Shown here piece after piece: positions 1 through 14,836 of a stretch of 64,000 bases of DNA; position 1 is the first letter of the stretch; each line of letters begins with the position of its first letter. Below the pieces are notes generated by a model, which was not told the origin of the DNA, ran no database searches, and saw only the letters and a list, made by a program, of their open reading frames with translations. Made by a program: the position numbers and the translations under genes. This stretch comes from the human T2T-CHM13v2.0 reference genome, Homo sapiens: NCBI RefSeq assembly GCF_009914755.1, contig NC_060943.1; one strand, written 5' to 3'.

Positions 1-68
1 TTTGAGTTTAATGCTAAATTTTATGTGATGAAACTTGGTACCTCCTAGAAGTGTTCCTATGTGATTAA

Positions 69-865
69 TTTTTTTTTTTTTTTTGAGATGGAGTCTCGCT
101 CTGTTGGCCAAGCTGGAGTGCAGAGGCGCAATCTCAGCTCACTGCAAGCTCTGTCTCCCGGGTTCACGCCGTTCTCAGCCTCTCGAGCAGCTGGAACTAC
201 AGGTGCCCGCTACCACGCCCAGCTAATTTTTTGTATTTTTAGTAGAAACAGGATTTCACCATGTTGGCCAGGATGGTCTCGATCTCTTGACCTCGTGATC
301 CACCCACCTCGGCCTCCCAAAGTGCTGGGATTACAGGCATGAGCCACTGTGCCTGGCCTTTTTTTTTTTTTTAAATGGAATTTTGATGTTGTTGCCCTGA
401 GTGGAGTGCAGTGGGCGATCTCGGCTCACCTCAACCTACACCTCCTGGGTTCAAGCAATTCTCCTGCTTCAGCCTCTCGAATAGCTGGGATTACAGGCAC
501 CCACCACCACCATGCCCAGCTAATTTTTGTATTTTTAGTAGAGATGGGGTTTTATCATGTTGGCCAGGCTGGTCTTGAACTCCTGACCTCAGGTGATCCA
601 CCCTCCCCTCCGGCCTCCCAAAGTGCTGGGATTACAGGTGTGAGCCATCACGCTGGGCCAAGCAATCCTCTTGTACCTCAGCCTTCCACGTACCTGGGAC
701 TACAGGCATGCACCACCATACCTAGGTAATTTTTGTTTTTGTATTTTTTTAGAGATGGGATTTTTCCATGTTGCTCAGGCTGGTCTCAAACTCCTGAGCT
801 CAGGCAATCCACCTGCCTTGGCCTCTCAGAGTGCTGGGATTACAGGCATGAGCCATTGTGCCTGA
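69..865 (-). mobile_element. Three stacked Alus (69-357 AluY-like, 359-659 AluS, 660-865 partial AluJ-like)
   Basis: Alu consensus motifs with poly-T tails. Confidence 0.9.
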
Positions 866-2441
866 TCATACCATATTTTCTTTATTCAGTCTACCATTGA
901 TAGGCATTCAAGTCGATTCCATGTCTTTGCTATTGTGAATAGTGCTGTAGTGAACACCCTTGTGCATGTGTGTTTATGACAGAATAATTTATATTTCTTT
1001 GGGTATATACCCAATTATTAGGTTGCTTGATGAAATGGTAATTCTGTTTTTAGTTCTGTGAGAAATTGCCACACTGCTTTTTACAATGGTTGAATTAATG
1101 TACACTTTAACAGCAGTGTATAAGCGTTCCCTTTTCTCTGCAACCTTGACATCATCTATTTTTTTGCTTTTTAATAGCCGTTCTCACTGGCATGAGATTG
1201 TATCTCGTGGTTTTTCTTTGCATTTCTCCAATAATTATTGATAGGCATTTTATTATATGTGTGTTAGCCACATGTTTGTCTTCTTTTGAAAAGCATCTTT
1301 TTCAAGTTTTTTGTCTGCTTTTTAGTGAGGTCTTTTTTTTCTTGTAAACTTAAGATTTTTATGAATTCTGGACATTAGACCTTTGTTAGAAGCATAGTTT
1401 GCAAATATTTCCTATTATTCTGTTGGTTCTCTGTTTTCTGTGTTGATAGTTTCCTTTGCTGTGAAGAAGCTCTTTAGTTTAATTAGGTCCAATTTGTCAA
1501 TTTTTGGTTTTTTTGCAGTTGCTTTTTGTATCTTCAATTATGAATTCTCTGCTAGATTCTATGTCTAGAATGACATTTCCTAAGTTATCTTCCAGGGTTT
1601 TTTATAATGTTAAAATAAACATTTCAGTCTTTAATCTTGAGTTGATTTTTGTATATGGTGTAATAAAGGGGTCCAGTTTCAATCTTCTACATAGTGCTTG
1701 CTAGTTATTCCACCACCATTTATTACATAGGGAATTGGTTCCACATTTCTATTGTCACCTTTGTTAAAGATCAGATGGTTGTAGGTGAGTGACATTATTT
1801 CTGGACTGTCTATTCTGTTGCATTGGTCTATGAGTTTGTTTTTGTACCAGTTCCATGTTGCTTTGTTTACTGCAGCTCTGTAGTATAATTTGAAGACAGG
1901 TAATGTAATGCCTTCAGCTTTGCTGTTTTTGCTTGTGATTACCTTGGCTATTCAGACTCTTTGGTTTTATATGAATTTTACAATAATTTTTTTTTTTAGT
2001 TCTTTTAAAAATATTTTGGTCATTTGATTAGAATAGCATTAAATCTGTAAATTTTGGGGGGCAGTATGATCATTTTTAGGATATTGATCTTTTCTATTTA
2101 TGAGCATAAAGTTGTTTTCCATTTGTGCCATTTCTGACTTCTTTAAGCATTGTTTTGCAATTCTTATAGAGATCTTTCACCTTCCTGGTATTCGTAGATA
2201 TTTTATTCTTTTTGTGGCAGTTGTGAAGGGATTGTGTTTATGATTCGTATTTGGCTTGGATGTTGTTGATTTACAGGGACGCTACTAATTTTTGTACACT
2301 TACTTTGTATCCTGAAATGATACTGCAGTTGTTTGTAAGTTAAAGAGCTTTTCTATGAAGACTATATGGTTTTCCAGATGGAGAATTATGTTGTCTGCAA
2401 ACAGGGATAGTTTGACTTCCTCTCTTCCTGTTTAAATGCCT

Positions 2442-2745
2442 TTTATTTATTTTTATTTTTATTTTTTTGAGATGGAGTCTTGCTCTTCGCCCAGGCTGGA
2501 GTGAAGTGGCAGTCTTGGCTCACCGCAAACTCCACCTCCCAGGTTCAAGTGATTCTCTTGCCTCAGCCTCCTGAGTAGCTGGGATTACAGGCATCCGCCA
2601 CTGCGCCTGGTTAATTTTTGTATTTTTAGTAGAGGTGGGGTTTCACCATGTTGGCCAGGCTGGTCTCGAACTTCTGATCTCGTGAGCCACCCACCTTGGC
2701 CTCCCAAAGTGCTGGGATTACAGGCGTGAGTCACCTTACCTGGCC
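2442..2745 (-). mobile_element. AluS
   Basis: Alu dimer; TSD aaatgccttttattt. Confidence 0.9.
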
Positions 2746-2870
2746 AAATGCCTTTTATTTTTATCTTTTGCCTAATTACTCTGACAAGTACTTCCAATTT
2801 TATGTTGAATAGTAGTGTTGAGAGAAGGCATCTTTGCCTTGTGCCAGTTTCCAAAGAAGAATGCTTCGGG

Positions 2871-3237
<367 letters not shown>

Positions 3238-4245
3238 TAAAGTATGTACCTTCAATGGCTAGGTTGTTGAGGGTTTTTAACATGAAAGATGTTAAATTTT
3301 ATCAAAAGCTTTTTCTGCATCTATTGTGGTAATCTTGTGGTTTCTGTCTAGTTTTGTTTATATGATGAATCACATTTATTGATTTGTGTATGTTGAACCA
3401 ACCTTACATTCCCAGAATAAATTCTACTTGATCATACTGGGTTAGCTTTTTGATATGCTGCTGGATTTGGTTTGTCAGTATTTTGTTGAAGATTTTTGCA
3501 TCAATGTTCAAAGGTATTGGCCTGAATTTTTTTTTGTTTGTTTTATCTTTGCCAGGTTTTGGTATCAGAATAGTGCTGTTCTTATATAATGAGTTGAAAA
3601 CAAGTTACTTTTTCTTAATTGCTTAAAATAGTTTCTGTAGAAATAATAATCAGCACTTTTTTGTACATCTGATAGAATTCAGCTGTGAATCTGTCTGGTC
3701 CTTGGCTTTGTTTGGTTGGTAGGCTATTTATTACTAATTCAATTTTTGAGCTTCTTATTCATCTATTTAGGGGTTTCATTTCTTTTTTGTTAATTCTTGG
3801 AAGGATGTATTTGTTCAATACCTTTTTCATTTTTTCTAGATTGTCTTGTTTGTGTGCACAGAGGTGTTCATAGTACATTTCAAGATATTTTTGTGGGGTC
3901 AGTGGTAATGTCTCTTTTGTTATTTCTAATTGTGTTTATTTGGGTCCTTCTTCCTTATCTAGTTAGTGGTTTATTTATTTTTTCATAGATTTAATTCCTG
4001 GATTTTTTGATATTTTGTAAAGTTTTTATGTCTAAATCTCAGTTTAGTTCTGATTTTGGTTATTTCTTGTCTGCTGCTAGCTTAGGGATTGATTTTCTCT
4101 TGCTTCTTTCATTCTTTTATTGATTATATCAGGTTGTAAAATGAAGATCTTTCTAACTTTTTAATTTGAGCATTAAATGCTATAAATTTCCCTTTAACAT
4201 TATCTTAGCTATATTGCAGAGATTCTGATGTGTTGTTTTTTAGTT

Positions 4246-4545
4246 CTTTTTTTTTTTTTTTTTTAAGATGGAGTTTTACTCTTGTTGTCCAGGCTGAATG
4301 CAATGGCACAGTCTCAACTCACAGCAACCTCCGCCTCTTGGGTTCAAGCATTCTCCTTCCTCAGCCTTTCAAGTAGTTGGGATTACAGGCATGTGCCACC
4401 ATGCCTGCCTAATTTTTGTAATTTTAGTAGAGACAGGATTTCACCATGTTGGCCAGGCTGGTCTCAAACTCCTGACCTCATGTGATCTGCCTGCCTCAGC
4501 CTCCCAAAGTGCTGGGATTACAGGTATGAGCCACCATGCCTGGCC
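4246..4545 (-). mobile_element. AluS
   Basis: Alu dimer. Confidence 0.9.
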
Positions 4546-5494
4546 TGTTTTTTTTGTTCTTATTTGTTTAAAATAACTTCTTGGTTTCTGCCTTAATTTC
4601 ATTATTTACCAAAAAGTTATTCAAGTGCAGGTTGTTTAATTTTTATGTAATTGTATCAGTTGTTTTATTTTTATTGAACTATATTTCTGTTCAGCTGTGG
4701 TCTATGTGTTTGTTCTGTATAATTTTGAGTTTTTTGAATTTGCTGAGGATTATTCTATTTCTGATTGTGTGGTCAGTTTTTGAGTATGTGCCACATGGTG
4801 ATGAGAACAATGTATGTTATGTTATTTTTAGATGAAGACTTCTGTAGATGTCTATTAGGACTATTTGGTCAAGTGTAGACTTTAGGTCCTAATGTTTTGT
4901 TAATTGGCTTCTTCAGTTATCTGTTTGTTAGTGCCTGTGGGATGTTGTAGTCTCCCACTGTTATTGTGTCATAATTTAAAACTCTTATAGATCTCTAAGA
5001 ACTTGCTTTATTCATGTGAACCCATGAATTTTATACAACACCTTTCTCTCTTCTGCTTTTTCTCCCATAAGCATTCTTACGTGTGCACACAGTGTGCAAA
5101 ATTCAGATGTCCAAGAGTTCAAGCACATGTGATGGACCTGTCTGTTGTAAAACAAAATATAAATTAAAAATAAGAGGCTTGGTCCACATTAAGATAAGAG
5201 AAAATATCTTACTAAAATCTCTTTTCTTAAAACATTTAGATTGTGTGTAGATTTTTATCCCTGTTTTTTTGAGATATATGTAAATCATATTAACAGCAAA
5301 ATAAAACTTTTGTCATTTTTTTTGACTCAGGATTGTCTTTATCTGGGACCTGAGATTAATTGCTCTTTTTTTGCTTTGGCAAGAGATTATTCTTATGATA
5401 GTCTTTTAAAGTTGACACAGATTTGTTCAGAGTAAAGCTCATTCCAAGAGCACACAAAAGTTGAGCATAAAAATAGACAAAATTTAGCAGTACA

Positions 5495-5649
5495 GAATTA
5501 TAAAGATTAAAAGATACTGAGTAAGTTGTTTGACAGAAACCTGATTATCCATGGTGATCGTTTGCAGGCTGAATTATAAAGATTAAAAGATACTGAGTAA
5601 GTTGTTTGACAGAAACCTGATTATCCATGGTGATCGTTTGCAGGCTGAA
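5495..5649. repeat. Perfect 76-bp tandem duplication
   Basis: 5495-5570 identical to 5571-5646, followed by GAA. Confidence 0.97.
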
Positions 5650-5686
5650 GTATTTATACTACAAAAACAAAAAGAGTTCAGTTTAT

Positions 5687-6015
<329 letters not shown>

Positions 6016-7171
6016 TACAAGCAAACAACAACAAAAAAAACAATTCAGTTTATAAACTGAACCAGTGGAGTCTGTTGTCATACCTTGGTTTCTATTTATT
6101 ACTTCAGTACAATTAGCATAGTTATGCAGTGTTTGTAGACAACCTCATTCAAACACATTCACTAGTATTTTCTACAATAGTATGAATAAAGCCATAATAT
6201 TTACTTTAAATGAATTCCTTAAATAGCTATTTTAATATTGTGATTCATACTTTTGAAATGTAGTTTTTGAGCTGAATTATAAAGAAAATGTTTAAAAATT
6301 CCACATACATTATGAGTAGTACATTAAAATTATTCATACTTACATATTTATGTCTAATATCCAAAGAAAATTTACTACCAAATTGTTACAGTAGATGTTA
6401 GTCTGATAGGCTTATTAATTTAACCAATAGGGATAATTATAAGTAAGCATAATGTTAGTGTCTTTCATTTCACAAATTGGAATGCTGCTATTACAGGACA
6501 AATAAAGGCAAGTGATGTGGCCATCCCAAAACTGTAATACCTCTCTAGTAAGCTATGTTGTAGGCTCGCATATATTCCATTATATTATCACAGTCATATT
6601 TTAATTTTTTATCAAAGGTACTGGTGTAAGTTGTCAAATATATTTCAATATAGATTTTGCCTTCAATGGCTAGATGAGCGCAGCAGAGATGAATAAAAAC
6701 TTTTAAAATTCCAATGATAATATGCCCCCTTTCTTCATAGTACTCATGTTACTCATGCTGAGAGTAGCTATGCACTTTGGGTATTTAGAGAGAAATTCTT
6801 TTTAGAGGAATATTTTCTGACTGACTTGAGCAATCTTATATCTAATCTCAGGTTTTTTAAAGAGGCTTTTAACTTCCTTTTTTCTCAATATAATCTTTCT
6901 TGGAGTGAGAGCTGTTTTTCTTTTGAATGCTTTGTATATCTGTTTTAGAAGCCCTATTGGTATCCCATAATATCTCTGAAAGACAGGCTATTACAGTGAG
7001 AACTCTTGGAGCTAGCTTTATCTGGATGCATGCTGGAAATCCAGCAGTATTTTTTTCATGTAACCATTATAAATAGAAACTGTGGCTTAAACAATGCTCT
7101 CTTTACCATTATTGTGAAGGTGCAATTCTACCCAAGAGGCCTGCAGGCTCTTCTTCTGCAGCTCAGGCTTC

Positions 7172-7175
<4 letters not shown>

Positions 7176-7204
<29 letters not shown>

Positions 7205-7491
7205 GAGACAGTCTTGCCCTGTCTCCCAGGCTGGAGTGCAGTGACACGATCTCAGCTCACTGCAACCTCTGCCTCCTGGGTTGAAGCAATTCTTCTGCCT
7301 CAGCCTCCGAGTAGCTGAAATTACAGGTGCCCTCCACCATGCCCAGCTATTTTTTTTTTTTTTTTTGTATTTTTAGTAGAGATGGGGTTTCACCATGTTG
7401 GCCAGGCTGGTCTCGAACTCCTGACCTCATGATCCACCAGCCTCAGCCTCCCAAAGTGCTAGGATAACAGGCATGAGCCACCCTGCCTGGC
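7176..7491 (-). mobile_element. AluS
   Basis: Alu dimer; TSD caggcttc(g/a)ctcttt. Confidence 0.9.
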
Positions 7492-8559
7492 CAGGCTTCA
7501 CTCTTTGATGTGACACTAAAGTGCTGCTGTGGGAATTGGCATTCACCTAAGATGTGAGCTGCCAGCTGTGAGCCCTGCGCTATGGGCTGTATGTCAGTGG
7601 CAGGTGGTACGAAACAGAAGAGGACACTGGCCACCAGAAGAGGGGAAGCAAGAGTGCGCTAGCACAGTCTTCAGGGAGTAGAGAGCCACTGATTTAAAAT
7701 GCAAGTAGCCAAAAAGACAGCACCCTTTTCAGTCACTTTTGTAGAAGAGTGAAAGTCTACCTTAAGCAGTTACCTGGCTTCAAGTTGCAAACTACCTTCT
7801 GTCATGAAGATGTGAAAAGCTTATTTTGTCATTGAATATAACCAGTTAGCATACATGGATGGCCTCCCCAATGACCAGGTGAATTTAGGATGAACTATGG
7901 CATGGTGCTGTAAATTCTTCTACTTGTGAACTAATTATGGTAACTGTCTTTCTGTCTTTTCAGTCTCTTAAGTAGACTGACTGTAATACATGTGATATTC
8001 AGATTTAAGTGTGTAATGAAACAATTTTCTGTCTGTTACATTATTGTGGTTTCTCTGGGGCTGAAGAGAATTTTTAAAAAATTATATTTTCCAAACAGTG
8101 TCTAGAATTACCAGACATAATATAAACACATAAGGTGCCAACCAAGCTTTATTGTAAAGGGGACTTTCCCTCTTAGTCTTCCAGTCAACTCACAATTATG
8201 CTCTAAAGTGCATGCTGTCACCTAAATATGCAGGCAGAATTGTGTCTCTGTCTATTTGGTGTCTATAGTCCTCTATAGTCACTTCTAGAGGGGCTAGACC
8301 AGATTTCTACAAACTTTATAGGGCAGATATTAATCATTTTACTTCATTCCATGACTCTTTTATCTTCAGAACTGAAACTGATTCAGAGACCATGGAGCCC
8401 AGAAACCTAATCAGAGTAACAGTGTGCATTGAGTAGACATGGAGACATGAGAATCTCCACTTCTTTTCCCTTCTCTCGCTAAAATGCTCACAATTGCAGG
8501 TAACAACTGCTGCTACTCCACCCATCCGGGACCTAAATCTGCAGCTCTGAATTCTAAAT

Positions 8560-9358
8560 CTAGGTCTTGAAATTTGAAAAAAAAAAAAAAAAAATCCAAA
8601 ACTTTTATTTGAGGAATGAAAGTCTTTTTACTTATAAAACTCAGAGAGACATTAAAATAAAAGCACAATTACATCTTTCTCCCTTCCTTCAACTATGTAT
8701 TCATCTCTTGACATTGTTCACTATTGCCACAGGTAGGTGTAAGTTAAACTAATAATGTCACACTGGACACTATATTCTATACCCTTACCCTTAATGTACA
8801 GTCAATCAATAATTAAAGTTATTTATTTAAACAAGAATTTCTGACAAAGAAGTTTGTATGTCTCTCTCTCTTTTTTTTTTTTTGCCTTCACAAATCCACT
8901 TGTAACTGCTGCTAATCAAAGTGCAAATTCCAGGCATCTTGAATATTTCTTCTCAAGTTACAATACTTAAGCTTGGCCCAAATAAACTGTCTACTTATAT
9001 TCATGTTGTGTCAGCTTTTTTTTTTTTTTTTTTAGATGTGGTTTTGCTCTTGTTGCTCAGGCTGGAGTGCAATGGCTTGATCTTGGCTCACTGCAACCTC
9101 CGCCTCCCAAGTTCAAGTGATTCTCCTGCCTCAGCTTTCTGAGTAGCTGGGATTACAGGCATGGGCCACCATGCCCGGCTAATTTTGTATTTTTAGTAGA
9201 GATAGGGTTTCTTCATGTTGGTCAGGCTGGTCTCGAACTCCCAACCTCAGGTGATCCTTCGACCTCAGGGGATCCGCCTGCCTTGGACTCCCAAAGTGCT
9301 GGAATTACAGGCATGAGCCATGGCACCCAGCCCGTATCAGCCTTTTTTTAGGTAAAAT
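8560..9358 (+). mobile_element. Possible decayed ERV1-type LTR interrupted by an Alu
   Basis: aaatccacttgtaactgctgctaatc and aagcttggcccaaataaac resemble MER-class LTR R/U5 sequence; family unresolved. Confidence 0.4.
9016..9332 (-). mobile_element. Alu (Sp/Sq-like)
   Basis: Alu dimer with a small internal duplication. Confidence 0.9.
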
Positions 9359-11880
9359 ATTATTTAGAATTTTCTAGAGCAGCCTCTATGAGTAGATCTT
9401 TTGATTGTACTCTACTTGCTGTAACAGCCAGAAATGCAGAATGATGTTTATCTAGAATCTGCAAATAAGGTCTGGCCTCTGCCTGGAATTTATAAAACAG
9501 GGTCCTACTTTAGATTGAGAATGTACAGAAAACCAATAGGAGGCATTTTCTGCATTGTGAGATGTCAACATAGACATTTTAGATCCCTCCTTTGAGAGTG
9601 TGGCTCTTTGACCTTTTCACATCTTGTGTTTTCACCTGCTACAGTTATGTGAGAGGCTCCAGGTGTAAATAGAATCTGATGGCAGAATCTCTTAAGTGTA
9701 AAGAAGCATCTTAGGAGTGAGAGATCAAGGCCACAAAGTAGCCAGAGCTCTGAGCACAAGTATACTTACCTGGAAAATATGATATTAGAGTATTCTTGCA
9801 CTTCTACATACCAAAAAGCTAGCTAATCAGGACAGGTGATCCAGGTTCTGCAGCTCCACCAGGGTACTTCCATTTTCTATTTAGAATCAGCCTGAGTCTC
9901 TCCTGCTGGCTTGCTATTGAACCATCAGTCCAGGGTCACTGGAAATGCTCTCACAATCACCTAGGTGTCTTTGAGACATTTGAGAATCTCCAGAACAGAA
10001 TTGTGTCAGGCTGACAAGAGTGGGCAATTTTGCTTCTGTCTTAGTGTAAATGAAATGAGTCATCCTGTGATTGTTCCTCCCCTCATGCAAGAGCTGTCTT
10101 CGGTTGGTACCCAGATGAGAGTTTCTCCAGTTCCCTGGTACTTGGGTAAAAACAAGGAGGAGGTCTGCAGACTCAAAGAGATAAACTAATTGCTTCTATT
10201 TCATATAGTCATTAGAAAAATAGATGACGCAGTCATGGTCCCTACCATGCAGGAACTTTTAGTCTAGACTAGCAACTGGATAAATGATTTAATTATGCAT
10301 CATATGGTGGGTACAATAAATAGATGTGTGCAAAAATATGGGCTTTATTTGGGCCATTTTCTTTATATTGTGACTTCAGATGTCTATACCTGAACATATA
10401 TTAATAAACAAAATTTGTTTTTTTTTTTTTTTGCCTTGCTAAGTAAACTTATTTATCTTCTAAATTATTCTAGAAAACCTTAAGGGATTTGTTTAAATTG
10501 CTTATTAGTATGTGATATGAAATTAGAGGGCAATGGGGCTAAAAAAGATTAAAATTACACAAACTCTGAGATTTAAGTTTTTTTTTTTTCTTTTAGGTAA
10601 GCTTAAAAAAAGAAACATAAAAAAAAAATACTCCCCAGTGGTGTAAAGAACAGAATTTTACATCAACTCTACACCCTGCTTCAGCCCTGTTTAGATTCAC
10701 CCTTTTTGAAGGCCTTATTTAAGTCTTGCCCTACCCTGGAGTTTTGCCTCACAGAACTAACTAGAAGAGATCAGAGTTTTGGGTGATGAATCCTGTTGCC
10801 TTTTTAGAGTTGGTGCTCACACTTTTCTGAAACCCAATAGCAGATAAATGGAAAAATAACATGTATTATAGGGTCTTAATTTAATAATTTTATATTAAAA
10901 CCAGTGTTTACAGAGACATTCCATTTAGCAACTTGTTTTCTGTTCCTGCAGATATAGTAGTTGATTCACAAGTCACAAAATAGCAAATATAAATACAATA
11001 AAAATTCATCTACATTTCATTAAACTCTATCTGTGTCCTTCTCATCTGTCTGTATTTAGATTTTATTCCATGCATTTTAAAAAACTCAATGATAAACAGA
11101 AGAGGAAATAAAAATGCTGGGTCTTTATTCTAAATCCTTGGATTTATTGGACACTTAGTATCAACTCACAGGGTATTATTAGAATCAAATAATGTGCTAT
11201 CACAGTGCTCTGTAACATCCTGTTGATCACATAGTACCTGCTTAATAAACATTGCATTAATACATGTGCACATGTTGTTTTCCAAATGCAGACTTACTCA
11301 GAAAATTGCTGCTTTCTGTTTTCTCTGTAAACTTTAAAGAGCCAGAAAATAATATGATACTTTAAGATAGAGAATGGTTGTCTTCATTTGCATCAGAAGT
11401 ATTTGTGTTTTTACAAAAGTGCTGAGTGTAAGGGGCTCTGTGCTGTACCTCATTTTTCTAACTAATGCTAACAATGAGCCCAGAGAGAGTGACACCAGCA
11501 TTGACAGAAGACTTGTTTAGAACACCCATTTATGGACCATTTCCAAACCTGCAGAATCGCATTACATAGAGTGGGGCCAATTTTACAAAGCGATTCATAA
11601 GCTCATTAAAGCTTGAGTGATAATGCTTAGGTAAGTGGTTATAAGATCAGGCTTCTAATTAGAATCACATGGCCAATATGCAGAACTCTCTTTACTTGTG
11701 CCCTTTTCACAGTTTCTGTTCTGGGTGAAAGCGTCTATTTGTTTTAATTAAGTGCCTCATGTGACTCTCAGGTGCCAGCATCAAATATGAGGAGTTCAAG
11801 ATACATTCATTGAGTTAAGTTCCACTTTTGCACTAAAGAATGTTCTAGGAATCTGTTCTGTTTGAGTTTGGTAAGGATAG

Positions 11881-12320
<440 letters not shown>

Positions 12321-14100
12321 GATATTTCTATTACTGTAGCAGAAATTCCTGGTGTTTGTAACAGGGGAGGGCGCCTGGGGACAAAAAGAAGAGAAACTTA
12401 TATTTTTCTCTCTGTGGAGCAGCTCATTGTTCCTGAATCTTTTTTGTTGTAAAGGACAGAAATGGGTAGAGTTTTTGTGTCTTGAGCCTTCTGACTTTGA
12501 GTGTGGTGGTAACAGGTGAACATGTGCTCAAATTTTTAAAGGCATATTGTCAAGATGCAGGTGTAATTAGTCCAGAATATCTCATCTGAGAAAGAATTCT
12601 AGAGGAGGAGGAGAGAGAAAAAGTGACTTTTTTTTTCAGCTAAACGTGTCCCAGATCAAGAGCTGTGTCTACTCTGCTTTCTGGAATGCCTTGCATTTAG
12701 TACTTGCAAATCTTCACTTCTATACCTGTGTTTTTTCTCCCTAATAAGTTTTTCTTAACTACTTTTAAAAATGCTTATGATAGTCGAGGGTGTCTGAAAA
12801 ATTTTTCTATATACAAGAATCTTCTCTACATCATGGCTTTTTATATGCCATGTAAGATTCTCACCATGAATTTGTGATCTGCAATATTAAAAATGTTCTC
12901 CTTGTGGCTGATGAACATGGAGAGGGGTGGATACTCAATATTTCTGTGGGGAAAACCTGGGGTTCTTAGTAAAGACATAGAATATGTAATGTTGAGGTTC
13001 TATCTGTGTTCTTTATTATCTGTATGCATTACACAATTAAGAAAATACTCATTTAAACAGGATGGCATTTATTACCCAGAAAGCTCTGAAAAAATTATCA
13101 AGAGATACCTCCTTATTAGGGTGCTATAGAAAGACTACTTAAAATCACTATTACAAATTACAGAACATGAAAGATATCTGTATCTTGAACTTCCCATAAA
13201 ACTGATGTTTTCTTATGATTAAATTCAGACTGTAATTTAGTGGGTACAATATCTCAGTAGTAATGTCGTGTCCTTCTGGGTGCATCAGCACACTATAAAA
13301 ACCTGTCCTAGTGCAGTTGATGTTGATGCTAATAACTCAATAAGCTCTCTTACAGATTTTTTCACTATAGAATTATTTTTCTCTTCATCATTAGATATCT
13401 TTATGGAGCTGATGTGCATAAACCATCACGTTTAATCTGGCTGCCTTTTGTTTTTTGTCTTTTTCTTTTTTTTAGGTTTTCTTTACATTTATTTTTCTTT
13501 GGTAAATGAAAGCTCTCATCTTTGTTTACAGGCTAGAAAAACTAAAAAAAAAAACAAAAAACAAAAACAACAGGCTCTTCCACTTACTGGATGTTTGACA
13601 AAATAGTCTTTTGGGGCCAAAACATTGGCATTACTGGTGAGCTTGGTAGAGATTCATTAACTCAGACTTTATTTCAGATCTCCCCAAAAAATAATCTGCA
13701 TTAACAAGATGTCCAGTTTATTGTACACGTTAAAATTTGAGTGGTACCTTCTAACTCAAGATGTCTATTTTGTCTGAAAAATATAAACAACTATGTCTTT
13801 TTCATCTGAAAAATATACATAACTCATTCTGCATTATGTAAACGTAGCACTCAAAAATGTATGTTAGTGTTTATGCCTTCAATTTTACATGTTATCTTCC
13901 AGACAAGTATCACATATACACTGATGTGGATATTTTGCCACTCTATTTTCTCAGAGTTAGAGAATACATTAGAAAATGTTCATGTGTTGACAATTATTTT
14001 ATTGGATAATTTCAATCACTCTTATAAGTCAGAACCAGTTCTATTTACTCTAATTTTACCTTGAGTCAAATGAAAAATTCTGCCGATAGCCACTTTGTAA

Positions 14101-14286
<186 letters not shown>

Positions 14287-14689
14287 TAAACTAAAGCTTT
14301 TATTTTTCTTTAGAATGTTTTCTGGTAATTTACGCATTCAGATTTCTGTTTTCAAGAAAATACTGGGGATTTGTCTGTTGAGAAAGGAATTTCTTCAAGA
14401 TGTTTCATCTTGACCTGAACTTTCCACATTCCTGAGCTAATCTGTGTCCTGCACTTTAGATTAAGGCTAATTTCAGAAGTTTAGTGGCATAAAATATTGT
14501 TACATCTTAAAATCCATTTGGCATCACCAATTTTTGATTCAGTAGTACCAGGCAGTGAAATTAAGAACCTAAAAAATTAAAATATTTCCTAAATATTTAA
14601 AAATTTCTGTTATAAATTAGTGTATTAGAATAACTTTGTTAGCATATTCTATTATATCCTCCTTACTGAGCACATTACTAAGTTGGTAA

Positions 14690-14836
<147 letters not shown>

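Noticed and set aside
61-865. Alu-derived ORFs here and across the window
   Set aside because: Standard Alu antisense translations (e.g. [19 protein letters not shown]), not genes
5495-5649. CRISPR-like array (also considered for the finger repeats)
   Set aside because: Eukaryotic DNA; the repeats lack unique spacers and there are no cas genes
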